Of a stretch of DNA of 64,000 bases, positions 33,419 through 44,056 are shown one piece after another. The translations under genes and the position numbers were made by a program. Position 1 is the stretch's first letter, and each line of letters begins with the position of its first letter. The stretch is from contig CALMGM010000005.1 in NCBI GenBank assembly GCA_937863685.1, positions 1,012,217-1,076,216 on the forward strand, given 5' to 3'. The notes under the pieces were generated by a model, which was not told the DNA's origin, searched no databases, and was given only the letters and a program-made list of their open reading frames with translations. This stretch comes from an uncultured bacterium (GTDB lineage: Bacteria > Edwardsbacteria > AC1 > EtOH8).

Positions 33419-33448
33419 TTTAGATGCCGAATATAATTACAGGATTCA
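33419..33448 (-). promoter_or_regulatory. ECF-type promoter candidate upstream of the sigma gene (autoregulation)
   Basis: The minus strand reads TGAATCC-N14-GCATCTAAA. Its downstream end is 17 nt from the sigma ATG at 33402. Confidence 0.6.
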
Positions 33449-33467
33449 AAAACAATAAAAAATGTTC

Positions 33468-33496
33468 TTGACAGGATAAAATAGTGGAGTTATTAT
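33468..33496 (+). promoter_or_regulatory. Sigma70-type promoter candidate
   Basis: TTGACA (33468-33473), a 17-nt spacer, then TATTAT (33491-33496). It would give a leader of about 180 nt before the ORF at 33685. Confidence 0.5.
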
Positions 33497-33684
33497 AAAT
33501 ATAACGATTTGCAGTATAGTAACAACTTCATACAATGGCTTATAAAGCAATCCAGATTGCTTTTTAATAGTAATTCAAAGATCGGTAAATGTCAATAGCA
33601 GGTTGATCGAATTATGGCACTGTGAAATGGTTCCCTTAAAGCGGGAAAGATTATGTCGGAACAGCAACTTCTTTAAAAGGAGAG

Positions 33685-33996
33685 ATGCCTATGTTTACCG
33701 GAAAAGAAGATCATAAGGTAAGCTTTAAGAAAGCGCGGGTTCTGGTCAGGGCCTATCAAAGAAACAAGGCTAAAAAAGAAGTGACGGCGCTTTATTACAG
33801 CAAAGATGCCATCGGTAAAATATTGAGGCAAAAGGGCTGCATCGGGCTGCGCATATATTATGCGAAAAAAACCACCGGGGCCAATACTCTGGTCATAACC
33901 GGGGTGGATGAAAAAGGCAATGATATCATCACCGGTTATATAGCCGATATTGGCTTTCCCTGCCCGCCGTTCTGTCCCCCGGATAAAAATCTGTAA
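33685..33996 (+). CDS. Hypothetical 103-aa protein ending in CPPFCPP
   Basis: aaaggagag RBS at 33676-33684, immediately upstream of the start codon. No recognised family. Two Cys lie in the C-terminal GFPCPPFCPPDKNL. Confidence 0.5.
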   Translation: MPMFTGKEDHKVSFKKARVLVRAYQRNKAKKEVTALYYSKDAIGKILRQKGCIGLRIYYAKKTTGANTLVITGVDEKGNDIITGYIADIGFPCPPFCPPDKNL

Positions 33997-34013
33997 CCAG
34001 TAGTATATTTGTC

Positions 34014-34703
34014 ATGACCAGAATAGATTACATATTGGGCGGCCTTTATTACCTATCCTTGTTATTTCCTGTAATTACAGGAGTTGTTTATATAAGGTAC
34101 CAAAGGAACGAGGTTCGGTTGTTTTTTATACTGATCATTACGGCCTTTCTGGCTGAAACGCTCGCCCTTATCATGGGCCTGTATAAAATCAACAACCATT
34201 TGATCTATCAAATATTCATTTTGGTGGAATTTTTGATATATATATTTGTTTTACGCAAATGGATCGGAAATAAAATAATCAAATTGGCGGTCTTTCCCGT
34301 TATGATTCTTTTCGTCATATTTTGGTCATACGCAAACATCGCAATGAGGGAAACCCAAAGCTTCAGCCACTATCCGCTGGTAATGGAAAGCATAATCCTT
34401 TTATTGTTTGGCGTTTATATTTATTTACATCGCATAACCAAGAATAGAGGGAATATTCCACATGACTATAGATTATGGATTTTATTGGCTCTATTGTTTA
34501 ATTTTGGGGGCAATATATTCATATATTCCGGAATGAAGTTTATAATAAACCAAGCTCTTTTTTTGTGGCGGCTTCATTGGGTAAACAATACCCTGGTAAA
34601 CATCCTGTATGCCATAAGTTTCAGCAGCCTGGCTTGGAAGGATGCTGATGGCGTTAATGATTTTAGGGCATCACAAGAAACGGTATGGGATACGGCCGAT
34701 TGA
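34014..34703 (+). CDS. AT-rich polytopic (about 7 TM) membrane protein, hypothetical
   Basis: Seven hydrophobic stretches are visible. There is no soluble domain. It ends 19 nt before the ATG of the PAS-GGDEF-HD-GYP gene. Confidence 0.55.
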   Translation: MTRIDYILGGLYYLSLLFPVITGVVYIRYQRNEVRLFFILIITAFLAETLALIMGLYKINNHLIYQIFILVEFLIYIFVLRKWIGNKIIKLAVFPVMILFVIFWSYANIAMRETQSFSHYPLVMESIILLLFGVYIYLHRITKNRGNIPHDYRLWILLALLFNFGGNIFIYSGMKFIINQALFLWRLHWVNNTLVNILYAISFSSLAWKDADGVNDFRASQETVWDTAD

Positions 34704-34722
34704 ACAATTATTTGATATTAAC

Positions 34723-36756
34723 ATGAACAATGGAAATTTATATTGGTTGATTTTGACCGGAAGCGGAACGGTGCTGCTCTTGCTGGGGGCAGCAGCAGGA
34801 GCTATTTTCCTCAGCAACAAAAAAATCGTCAACCTTTCGGCCGAACATCAAGAACAATTGGTAAAAAGCGAGGCCCGTTTCCAGCGGCTGATAGAGAACA
34901 GTCCGGTACCCATTGCCGTGACAAACCTGCAGGGGTTTTTGTACGCCAATCCGGCCTTTGCTAAAATGTTGGGTGTGGGAAATCCGGATCAACTGCTGGG
35001 GCGGAGCATAAACGACTTCATGCACCCGGATTACCGGCAGATAGAATTGAACCGGATCGAAAGAGTGGTCAACAACAGGATAAATGCCGGTCTTCTGGAG
35101 CAGAAGATAATCCGAAGCGACGGGGTGGAATTGGAGGTCAAAGCCATGGGGTCCCCGGTCATCTTTGCCGGCCAGCTGGCAGCCCAGATCACCTTTCAGG
35201 ATATCACCGCCAGCAAGCATATCCAGCATCTCCTGGAAAAAAGCCAGCGGAATATGGAAACCGAGATCAGGGAAGGGACCCGGGAGTTGTTTATATCCAA
35301 CCAGAATTTAAAGCACGAGATCAGCCAAAGGGTGCTGATCGAGGAGATTCTCAGCACCAGCGAGAAACATTTCCGTTCGTTGATAGAGAACAGCCTGGAT
35401 CTTATTGCCATAGTGAACAGGGAGGGCCGCCTGTCCTATGTCAATCCCATGGCAAAAATAATGTTGGGTTACGATGGGAAAGAGGTCATCGGTGCAGAGG
35501 TATATGATTATATCTCTTCCGATGATATGCCGGAAGTGAAGAGGATCTTCGGGGAAGTTGCCACCAGGGTGGGGGAAGTGCGGTGTGCAGATTTCAGGAT
35601 AAGGCATAAGAACGGCAGCTATTTGACCATCGAGGCCCTGGCCAGGAACATGCTTGATCTTCCGGCGGTCAACGGCATCATGATCACCGTCAAGGACGTG
35701 ACGGAGAAGCGAAAGGCCCAGAAGCAGATAGAGTACTTAAGTTTTTACGACCGGCTGACCGGGCTCCACAACCGGGCATTTTTCGAAGAGGAGATACTGA
35801 GAATAGATTCCAACCGCCACCTGCCGATCACGCTTTTCATCGCCGATATCAACGGCCTCAAACTGGTCAACGATGCTTTCGGACATTCCGAGGGGGATGA
35901 ACTGCTTAACCGGATGGCCCAGATATTAAAAATGTGCTGCCGGCGTGAGGATATCATCGCCCGGTGGGGCGGCGACGAGTTCGCCCTGCTGTTATTGAAC
36001 ACTCCGGGCTACAAAGCCGACGAGCTTTGCCGGAGGATCAGCCAGCTGTGTCGGGACAAATGCAAAGGCCCAATCCCTTTAAGTCTGGCCATGGGTCATG
36101 CCACCAAGAAAAAAATGGAGCACAATATCAGGGATGTACTCAGGGAAGCCGAGGAGAGCATGTACCGCAGCAAGATGATGGTCAGCAAAAAGGTCCGGAC
36201 CGAGATCATAGCCCAGCTGCTAGATACCTATTATCAAAAAGGCTACCGGACCAGGGAGCAGGTCAAGCTGTTGCAGGGCTTGGCCGGGCATATGGCATCA
36301 GCCCGGGGGCTGACCCCGCCCGAAATCTTAAAATTACATCAGGTGGTGGAATATTGCGATATCGGCAATATAGCCCTTGAGCAAAATCTGTTTAAAAAAA
36401 AGGACCGGCTGACCTCCGAAGAATGGAAGATGATCCATCGCCATCCGGAGATAGGATACCACATCGTCCAAAACACTCCGGAGACCGCCGAGATGGCCGA
36501 ACCCATCCTGGCCCATCACGAATGGTGGGACGGCAGCGGCTATCCCCGAAACCTCACGGGCGAGGATATCCCGCTGTATGCCCGGATAATTTCCATAATC
36601 AACGCATACGATGCCCTGACCCAGAAAAGGCCATACCGCAAAACGCTCAGACCGGAACAGGCCGTCAAGGAGATCAAAAGATGCGCCGGCACCCAGTTCG
36701 ATCCATTCCTGGTTGAGGTTTTGGAGGAGGTGATGGCCCAGCAGGAGCTGTTATAG
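34723..36756 (+). CDS. Membrane-anchored PAS-PAS-GGDEF-HD-GYP protein (c-di-GMP synthesis/hydrolysis)
   Basis: N-terminal TM (LYWLILTGSGTVLLLLGAAAGAIFL), two PAS-like blocks (FQRLIENSPVPIAV..., FRSLIENSLDLIAI...), GGDEF (RWGGDEFALLL) and HD-GYP (HHEWWDGSGYPRNL). I chose the start at 34723 rather than 34642. Confidence 0.85.
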   Translation: MNNGNLYWLILTGSGTVLLLLGAAAGAIFLSNKKIVNLSAEHQEQLVKSEARFQRLIENSPVPIAVTNLQGFLYANPAFAKMLGVGNPDQLLGRSINDFMHPDYRQIELNRIERVVNNRINAGLLEQKIIRSDGVELEVKAMGSPVIFAGQLAAQITFQDITASKHIQHLLEKSQRNMETEIREGTRELFISNQNLKHEISQRVLIEEILSTSEKHFRSLIENSLDLIAIVNREGRLSYVNPMAKIMLGYDGKEVIGAEVYDYISSDDMPEVKRIFGEVATRVGEVRCADFRIRHKNGSYLTIEALARNMLDLPAVNGIMITVKDVTEKRKAQKQIEYLSFYDRLTGLHNRAFFEEEILRIDSNRHLPITLFIADINGLKLVNDAFGHSEGDELLNRMAQILKMCCRREDIIARWGGDEFALLLLNTPGYKADELCRRISQLCRDKCKGPIPLSLAMGHATKKKMEHNIRDVLREAEESMYRSKMMVSKKVRTEIIAQLLDTYYQKGYRTREQVKLLQGLAGHMASARGLTPPEILKLHQVVEYCDIGNIALEQNLFKKKDRLTSEEWKMIHRHPEIGYHIVQNTPETAEMAEPILAHHEWWDGSGYPRNLTGEDIPLYARIISIINAYDALTQKRPYRKTLRPEQAVKEIKRCAGTQFDPFLVEVLEEVMAQQELL

Positions 36757-36795
36757 CAGTCTAAAAAAATATTAAAAATATTTAATTTTACCTTA

Positions 36796-36824
36796 TTGAC
36801 AGGATGACGATCCGGTGGTAAAGT
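36796..36824 (+). promoter_or_regulatory. Sigma70-type promoter candidate for the histidine kinase gene
   Basis: TTGACA (36796-36801), a 17-nt spacer, then TAAAGT (36819-36824). Confidence 0.45.
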
Positions 36825-36912
36825 AGACATGTCTCACTGGCGGCAGCTTAATTTTCAAGATCTGTTATGTGATTCCTGCATAACGGGTTTTGGGAAAAAT
36901 TAAGTGAGGTGA

Positions 36913-38934
36913 ATGATGAACACTGATAGGGGGAACCCCCACAGAATGCCATGGCTCCTGACCATGGCGTTTTTTATTCTGACCGCGGCAGTCTGCCGGG
37001 CGGCGGCACCCGCCGAGCCCGTCAGGGTGGGGATCTATCAAAACCCGCCTAAGGTCTTTTGGAACGGGAACGGAAAACCCCAGGGTATCTTCGTTGATAT
37101 AATGGACCAGATCGCCAGGAATGAGGGGTGGACGATCGAATATGTCCCCGGCACCTGGAGCGATAACCTGGAACGGTTGGAGAAGAGCCAGCTTGACCTG
37201 GTGCTGGATGTCACATATTCTCAGGAACGGGCAGAGAGGTTCTCTTTTAATAAGATTTCGGTGACCGAATCGTGGTTGCAGGCATTTGCCGGCAAGGATG
37301 TCAGGCTGGAAAGCGTAAAGGACCTTAACGGTAAAAGGATTGCCGTGCTCAAAGGGGCCATCCAGGAAGAATACCTGCCACTGGATATCAAAAAATTGTT
37401 CGATATCGATTTTACGCTATTATCCTATCCAGATTATGCCGGCACTGTGGAGGCTCTGCGGAAGGGCCAGGCCGATGTCATCATTGCCAGCCGGTTCTTT
37501 TATTTTTCGAAACTTCGGGGCAATGACATTCAGCCCAAAGCGCTGATGCTGCGTCCGTCCCTGGTTTATTTTGCCGCTCTCAAAGAGCGGAACCAGAATC
37601 TATTGAACGCCATCGACCAGAATCTTTCGGTCATGAAGAACGATCCAGGATCGGTGTATTATCGGGCGCTGAATCATTGGCTGGGAGAGCGACCCCAGGC
37701 GGTCATTCCCGGCTACATCAAATGGTTGCTGGTTATTGTCCTGATCTCGTTGTTCATGTTGGGTATATTCTCCTATTTTTTGAAGAAACAGGTACGCGTA
37801 AAAACCGCCAAACTTGGAAGGGCCAACGAGGAACTGGAATCTGTAAACCGGAAACTGCAGGCCGCCGACGAAGAACTGAAACAGCAGGTGGAGCATCTGA
37901 AGGTCACTCGGGATGAACTGCTGACCTCGGAACAAAGATATCGCAATATATTTGAAAACACCGGCACGGCCATGGCCATCATCGAAAGCGACATGACCAT
38001 ATCCCTGGCCAACCACGAATTCGAGAAGCTCTCGGGCTTTGACCGCAGGGAGATCGAAGGACGTAAGAAGTGGAGCGAATTCGTCTGGAAGCCCGACCTG
38101 GAACGGATGCAGGAATACCACAACCAGCGGCGTGATAATCTTCAGGCAGCACCCCGGAAATACGAGTTCCGGTTCATAGACCGGATCGGCAAGATAAAGG
38201 ACATATACCTTATCATCGACATGGTTCCCGGCAGTCAAAAAAGCGTGGCCTCGCTGCTGGACATAACCAAGAGGAAATCGGTCGAACTTCAGATCAAGGC
38301 CTCTCTCCGGGAAAAGGAGGTGCTGCTGCGGGAGATATACCACCGGGTGAAGAACAACCTGCAGGTGGTCTCCAGCCTGCTGAACCTGCAGTCGGGCTAT
38401 GTCCACGATCCCCGGGACAAGGAGATCTTTGTGGAGAGCCAGAACCGGATACGCTCCATGTCCCTGGTGCACGAGAACCTGTACAAATCGCCGGACCTGG
38501 CCAGGATCGATTTTAAATATTATGTCCGGAACCTGGTCAACGACCTGATAAGGTCCTACGGCGTTCCCAGCGACCAGATAGAGGTGATGTTGGACATCAA
38601 CGACATCGAACTGGGGGTGGATGTGGCCATACCATGCGGACTGATGATAAACGAGATAGTGTCCAACAGTCTTAAACACGCTTTTGCGGCCCCCTCCCCC
38701 TCGGGCAAGAAATGGGAGATAACCGTCCGGCTTAAGCTGGAGAACGATGTTCTGTACCGCCTGGAGGTGGCGGACAACGGGGTCGGTTTTGCCGGCAAAT
38801 CCGATCAGTTCACGGACCCGGCCACCTTGGGCCTGCAACTGATCAATATCCTGGCGGGACAGCTGAACGGTAAACTGTCGGTGGACCACGAGAATGGAAC
38901 CGGGTATGTGGTTGAGTTCCGTAAGGTTGCATAG
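36913..38934 (+). CDS. Sensor histidine kinase with a periplasmic solute-binding-protein-like domain, TM, coiled coil, PAS and a HisKA_2-type kinase core
   Basis: A signal/TM is followed by an SBP family 3-like segment (VRVGIYQNPPKVFW...GIFVDIMDQIA...), a second TM (WLLVIVLISLFMLGIF), PAS (YRNIFENTGTAMAII), the H-box EIYHRVKNNLQVVSSLLNLQS and the ATPase motifs NEIVSNSLKHAF and DNGVGF. Confidence 0.85.
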   Translation: MMNTDRGNPHRMPWLLTMAFFILTAAVCRAAAPAEPVRVGIYQNPPKVFWNGNGKPQGIFVDIMDQIARNEGWTIEYVPGTWSDNLERLEKSQLDLVLDVTYSQERAERFSFNKISVTESWLQAFAGKDVRLESVKDLNGKRIAVLKGAIQEEYLPLDIKKLFDIDFTLLSYPDYAGTVEALRKGQADVIIASRFFYFSKLRGNDIQPKALMLRPSLVYFAALKERNQNLLNAIDQNLSVMKNDPGSVYYRALNHWLGERPQAVIPGYIKWLLVIVLISLFMLGIFSYFLKKQVRVKTAKLGRANEELESVNRKLQAADEELKQQVEHLKVTRDELLTSEQRYRNIFENTGTAMAIIESDMTISLANHEFEKLSGFDRREIEGRKKWSEFVWKPDLERMQEYHNQRRDNLQAAPRKYEFRFIDRIGKIKDIYLIIDMVPGSQKSVASLLDITKRKSVELQIKASLREKEVLLREIYHRVKNNLQVVSSLLNLQSGYVHDPRDKEIFVESQNRIRSMSLVHENLYKSPDLARIDFKYYVRNLVNDLIRSYGVPSDQIEVMLDINDIELGVDVAIPCGLMINEIVSNSLKHAFAAPSPSGKKWEITVRLKLENDVLYRLEVADNGVGFAGKSDQFTDPATLGLQLINILAGQLNGKLSVDHENGTGYVVEFRKVA

Positions 38935-38950
38935 ATTTTTCGATAACCGG

Positions 38951-38979
38951 AAAGGGCCTGTTCTTCAGGGCCCTTTTTT
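38951..38979 (+). terminator. Stem-loop followed by a T-run after the kinase gene
   Basis: aagggcc...ggccctt followed by tttttc, 17 nt after the stop codon. Confidence 0.55.
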
Positions 38980-39059
38980 CATTTATTGTTTGCAAAATAA
39001 CCCGATAAATGGTATCATTAACGTTTATGTAAAAACTTATAAATTAAGATAGTAACAAG

Positions 39060-41066
39060 ATGACCAAGATCGATCCAACGCTGTCTAAAAAATGCGCCGA
39101 TACCCTGAGGATGCTGGCAGTGGATGCAGTGGAAAAAGCCAATTCCGGCCACCCCGGGCTGCCGATGGGCGCGGCCGATTTCAGCTTTGCCCTGTGGCAT
39201 AATTTTTTGTCCTTCAACCCTCAGGACACCCAATGGCCCAACCGGGACCGCTTCATTCTTTCGGCCGGGCACGGTTCGATGCTGCTTTACGGATTGCTGC
39301 ACTTGTTCGGTTACGATCTTTCAATCGACGAGATCAAAAGATTCCGCCAATTAGGCAGCAGGACGCCGGGCCATCCTGAACACGGCCACACTCCGGGAGT
39401 GGAAATGACCACCGGGCCCCTGGGCCAGGGCTTTGCCAGCGGAGTGGGGATGGCCATAGCCGTCAGGATGGCGGCCCAGAGGTTCAACGATGAAAAGTTC
39501 AGTGTCATTGACCATAAGATCTACGCCCTGGTCTCCGACGGTGACCTGATGGAGGGCATCTCCACCGAGGCGGCCTCGATCGCCGGGCATCTTAAGCTGG
39601 GCAACCTGATCTACCTCTACGATGACAACGGCATCACCATCGACGGCACAACGGGCCTTTCCTTCTCCGAGGATATCAAAGCTAAATTCAAGGCTCTGGG
39701 CTGGGGCGTCCAAGTCATAGACGGCCATGACCCGGCCCAGGCGATCAGAGCCCTAAAATCGGCAATCAGGGATACCATTCGCCCATCGCTGATCATCGCC
39801 AAGACCCATATAGCCCACGGCAGTCCCAACAAGCACGACAGCTCATCGGCCCACGGCTCTCCGCTGGGCGCCCAGGAAGCGCTGGCCACCAGGAAGAATC
39901 TTTCCTGGCCGGAGGAGATGTTTTACGTGCCGTCTGAGGTCCGTCGGGTTTGCGATATCAGGGTGAAAAAACTGAGAAGAAAATACACCAAATGGCAGAA
40001 GGAGTTCAAAGCCTGGAGAGGGCGCAATCCCCAAAAGGCCGAGTTGTGGGACGCCATGTGGACCAAACAACTGCCCGGGGACCTGGAAGATCAATTGATC
40101 AGATCATTGCCGGCCGAAGCGGCCGCCACCAGAAGCCATTCAGGCAAAATCATCCAGAAGGCGGCAGAGTTGGTGCCTTCGCTGATCGGCGGGTCGGCCG
40201 ACCTGTCGCCATCCACCAACACCGAGATAAAGGGATCAATCTTCATTTCGGCGGATGATTTCTCCGGGCGTAATTTTCATTTTGGCATCCGGGAACACGC
40301 CATGGCGGCGGTGATGAACGGGCTGGCGCTCTACGGCTGTTTCATCCCCATGGGCTCGACCTTTTTGGTCTTCTCTGATTACTGCCGTCCGTCCATCCGC
40401 CTCTCGGCTTTGATGAAAAAACAGGTGATCTATGTCTTCACTCACGATTCCATCTTCGTAGGGGAGGACGGGCCCACCCATCAACCGGTAGAACAGGTAT
40501 CGGCTTTAAGGCTGATACCCGATCTCAAGGTGATCCGTCCGGCCGACGGCCCGGAGACGGCCCTGGCCTGGGCAACAGCCCTGAAGAATACAGCCGGCCC
40601 CACCGCCCTGATCCTGACCCGGCAGAAGCTGCCGGTCCTGCCGCATCAGAACATCGATGCCGAACGATTCCGCCGGGGCGGGTATGTGCTTAAAGCCTCC
40701 GCGCGACCGCCGGAGGTCTGCATCATGGCCTCGGGCTCCGAGGTCTGGCTGGCCCTGGCCGCCGGCGAAGTCCTGCAAAAAGAGGGGCTACCCGCTGCCG
40801 TGGTGTCCATACCCTGCCTGGAGGATTTTTTAAAGCAGCCAGATGATTATCGTGATTCGGTGATCCCCTCCCAAGCGGTCAAGGTGGTCATCGAGGCCGG
40901 GCGGGGCGCCCTGTGGCAGGGCCTGCTGGGGCGGGACGGACTGTTCATCGGCATCGAAGGCTTCGGGGCCTCGGCCCCGGAAGCGGCGCTGGCCGAGAAG
41001 TACGGACTCACTCCGGACCAGGCGGCAAAAAGGATAGCAGACCACCTCAACCGGCTGGGGAAATAG
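39060..41066 (+). CDS. tkt: Transketolase
   Basis: [18 protein letters not shown], the ThDP motif [11 protein letters not shown] and [15 protein letters not shown] in a 668-aa protein. Confidence 0.95.
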   Translation: MTKIDPTLSKKCADTLRMLAVDAVEKANSGHPGLPMGAADFSFALWHNFLSFNPQDTQWPNRDRFILSAGHGSMLLYGLLHLFGYDLSIDEIKRFRQLGSRTPGHPEHGHTPGVEMTTGPLGQGFASGVGMAIAVRMAAQRFNDEKFSVIDHKIYALVSDGDLMEGISTEAASIAGHLKLGNLIYLYDDNGITIDGTTGLSFSEDIKAKFKALGWGVQVIDGHDPAQAIRALKSAIRDTIRPSLIIAKTHIAHGSPNKHDSSSAHGSPLGAQEALATRKNLSWPEEMFYVPSEVRRVCDIRVKKLRRKYTKWQKEFKAWRGRNPQKAELWDAMWTKQLPGDLEDQLIRSLPAEAAATRSHSGKIIQKAAELVPSLIGGSADLSPSTNTEIKGSIFISADDFSGRNFHFGIREHAMAAVMNGLALYGCFIPMGSTFLVFSDYCRPSIRLSALMKKQVIYVFTHDSIFVGEDGPTHQPVEQVSALRLIPDLKVIRPADGPETALAWATALKNTAGPTALILTRQKLPVLPHQNIDAERFRRGGYVLKASARPPEVCIMASGSEVWLALAAGEVLQKEGLPAAVVSIPCLEDFLKQPDDYRDSVIPSQAVKVVIEAGRGALWQGLLGRDGLFIGIEGFGASAPEAALAEKYGLTPDQAAKRIADHLNRLGK

Positions 41067-41093
41067 GAATATGTTATTTTTAAGCTTTAATTA

Positions 41094-41122
41094 TTGACAA
41101 AGCCGGGTTTAATGATTATATT
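41094..41122 (+). promoter_or_regulatory. Sigma70-type promoter candidate for grpE-dnaK
   Basis: TTGACA (41094-41099), a 17-nt spacer, then TATATT (41117-41122). Confidence 0.5.
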
Positions 41123-41194
41123 TATTCGGCCCCAGAACCACAAGGGGGCAAGCCGGGCCGATTTTCTTCCAAAGCATTGTAAGGAGCCGGTTTA

Positions 41195-41794
41195 GTGGAG
41201 TCAAAGAAAAATAGCGGCCTGTACAGGAAATTGAAGGCACGGCTTAAGGAACTGATCACTCAGGGCAATTATCACAGGCAGTTGTCCGACGAGAATTTCG
41301 ATAAATATGTCAGGGCCATGGCCGATTTTGACAACTACCGCAAGAGGGTGGCCAAGGAATATCTGGAGAAGGAGGCCGAGGCCAACCGCAACCTGATAGC
41401 CAAACTGCTGCCGGTGCTGGACAACCTGGACCGGGCCATCGAAGCCTCCCGAAACGGGGCCGAGAGCGACGAAGCCTTAAGATCATTCCATCAGGGGATC
41501 CAGCTGATAGACCAGCAGATCCACAACATTCTGGAGAACGAAGGATTGAAGCCCTTCAGCAGCAAGGGGGAGGAATTCGATCCAGCCCGGCACGATGCGG
41601 TGCTGTCCATCGAGACCACCGAGCACGAGCCGAACATGGTGCTGGATGAGGTGGAGAAAGGTTTCGTCTTCAGGGGCAAGGTCTTAAGGCACGCCCGGGT
41701 GACGGTATCCAAGCGGCCGGGCGGGGAGCCCGCCCCGGCGGAGCCGGAGGATGAATATCCCGGGGAAGATGAGAACCAGGAAGACAGCGAATAG
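41195..41794 (+). CDS. grpE: Nucleotide exchange factor GrpE
   Basis: ADFDNYRKRV, LLPVLDNLDRA and the C-terminal F.GKVLR.A.V.V. The apparent start is GTG at 41195. The protein has an acidic C-terminal tail. Confidence 0.85.
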   Translation: MESKKNSGLYRKLKARLKELITQGNYHRQLSDENFDKYVRAMADFDNYRKRVAKEYLEKEAEANRNLIAKLLPVLDNLDRAIEASRNGAESDEALRSFHQGIQLIDQQIHNILENEGLKPFSSKGEEFDPARHDAVLSIETTEHEPNMVLDEVEKGFVFRGKVLRHARVTVSKRPGGEPAPAEPEDEYPGEDENQEDSE

Positions 41795-41832
41795 AATATT
41801 TTCAGAAATAATTGAAAATCAGGAGAAGATAA

Positions 41833-43749
<1,917 letters not shown>

Positions 43750-43768
43750 AAATTCGTGAACGGCAAAA

Positions 43769-43800
43769 GGGGAGAAGGTAAATACTTCTCCCCTATTTGT
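43769..43800 (+). terminator. Rho-independent terminator after dnaK
   Basis: ggggagaag-gtaaata-cttctcccc followed by tatttgtgctttt. Confidence 0.65.
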
Positions 43801-43814
43801 GCTTTTATAAGGGG

Positions 43815-44008
43815 GCAAGCAGGACGCTGATCTACGCAGATTTGCCTGATTTGATTTAACCACCGAGACACAAAGGCACGAATACCCTAAGGCTTTCTGT
43901 CATCGCGAGGAGACTGTGAAACACGGCAATCGAAGCGATCCAGGCCGTTACTGATATAACCACCCCTTTCGTCCCCTCCTTGATCAAGGAGGGGATGGCG
44001 GGGAGGTC
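43815..44008. repeat. Composite of the same intergenic repeat modules seen at 16.4-16.9 kb and 20.1 kb
   Basis: The CAC-box ccaccgagacacaaaggcacgaa (about 43859-43881), the hairpin module gtcatcgcgag...cgaagcgatccagg (43899-43944) and the CT/GA palindrome cccctccttgatcaaggagggg within 43961-44008. Confidence 0.6.
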
Positions 44009-44056
44009 TATATAAAATATAATAATGCTGTATAAATCATAATATAACAAATAGCT

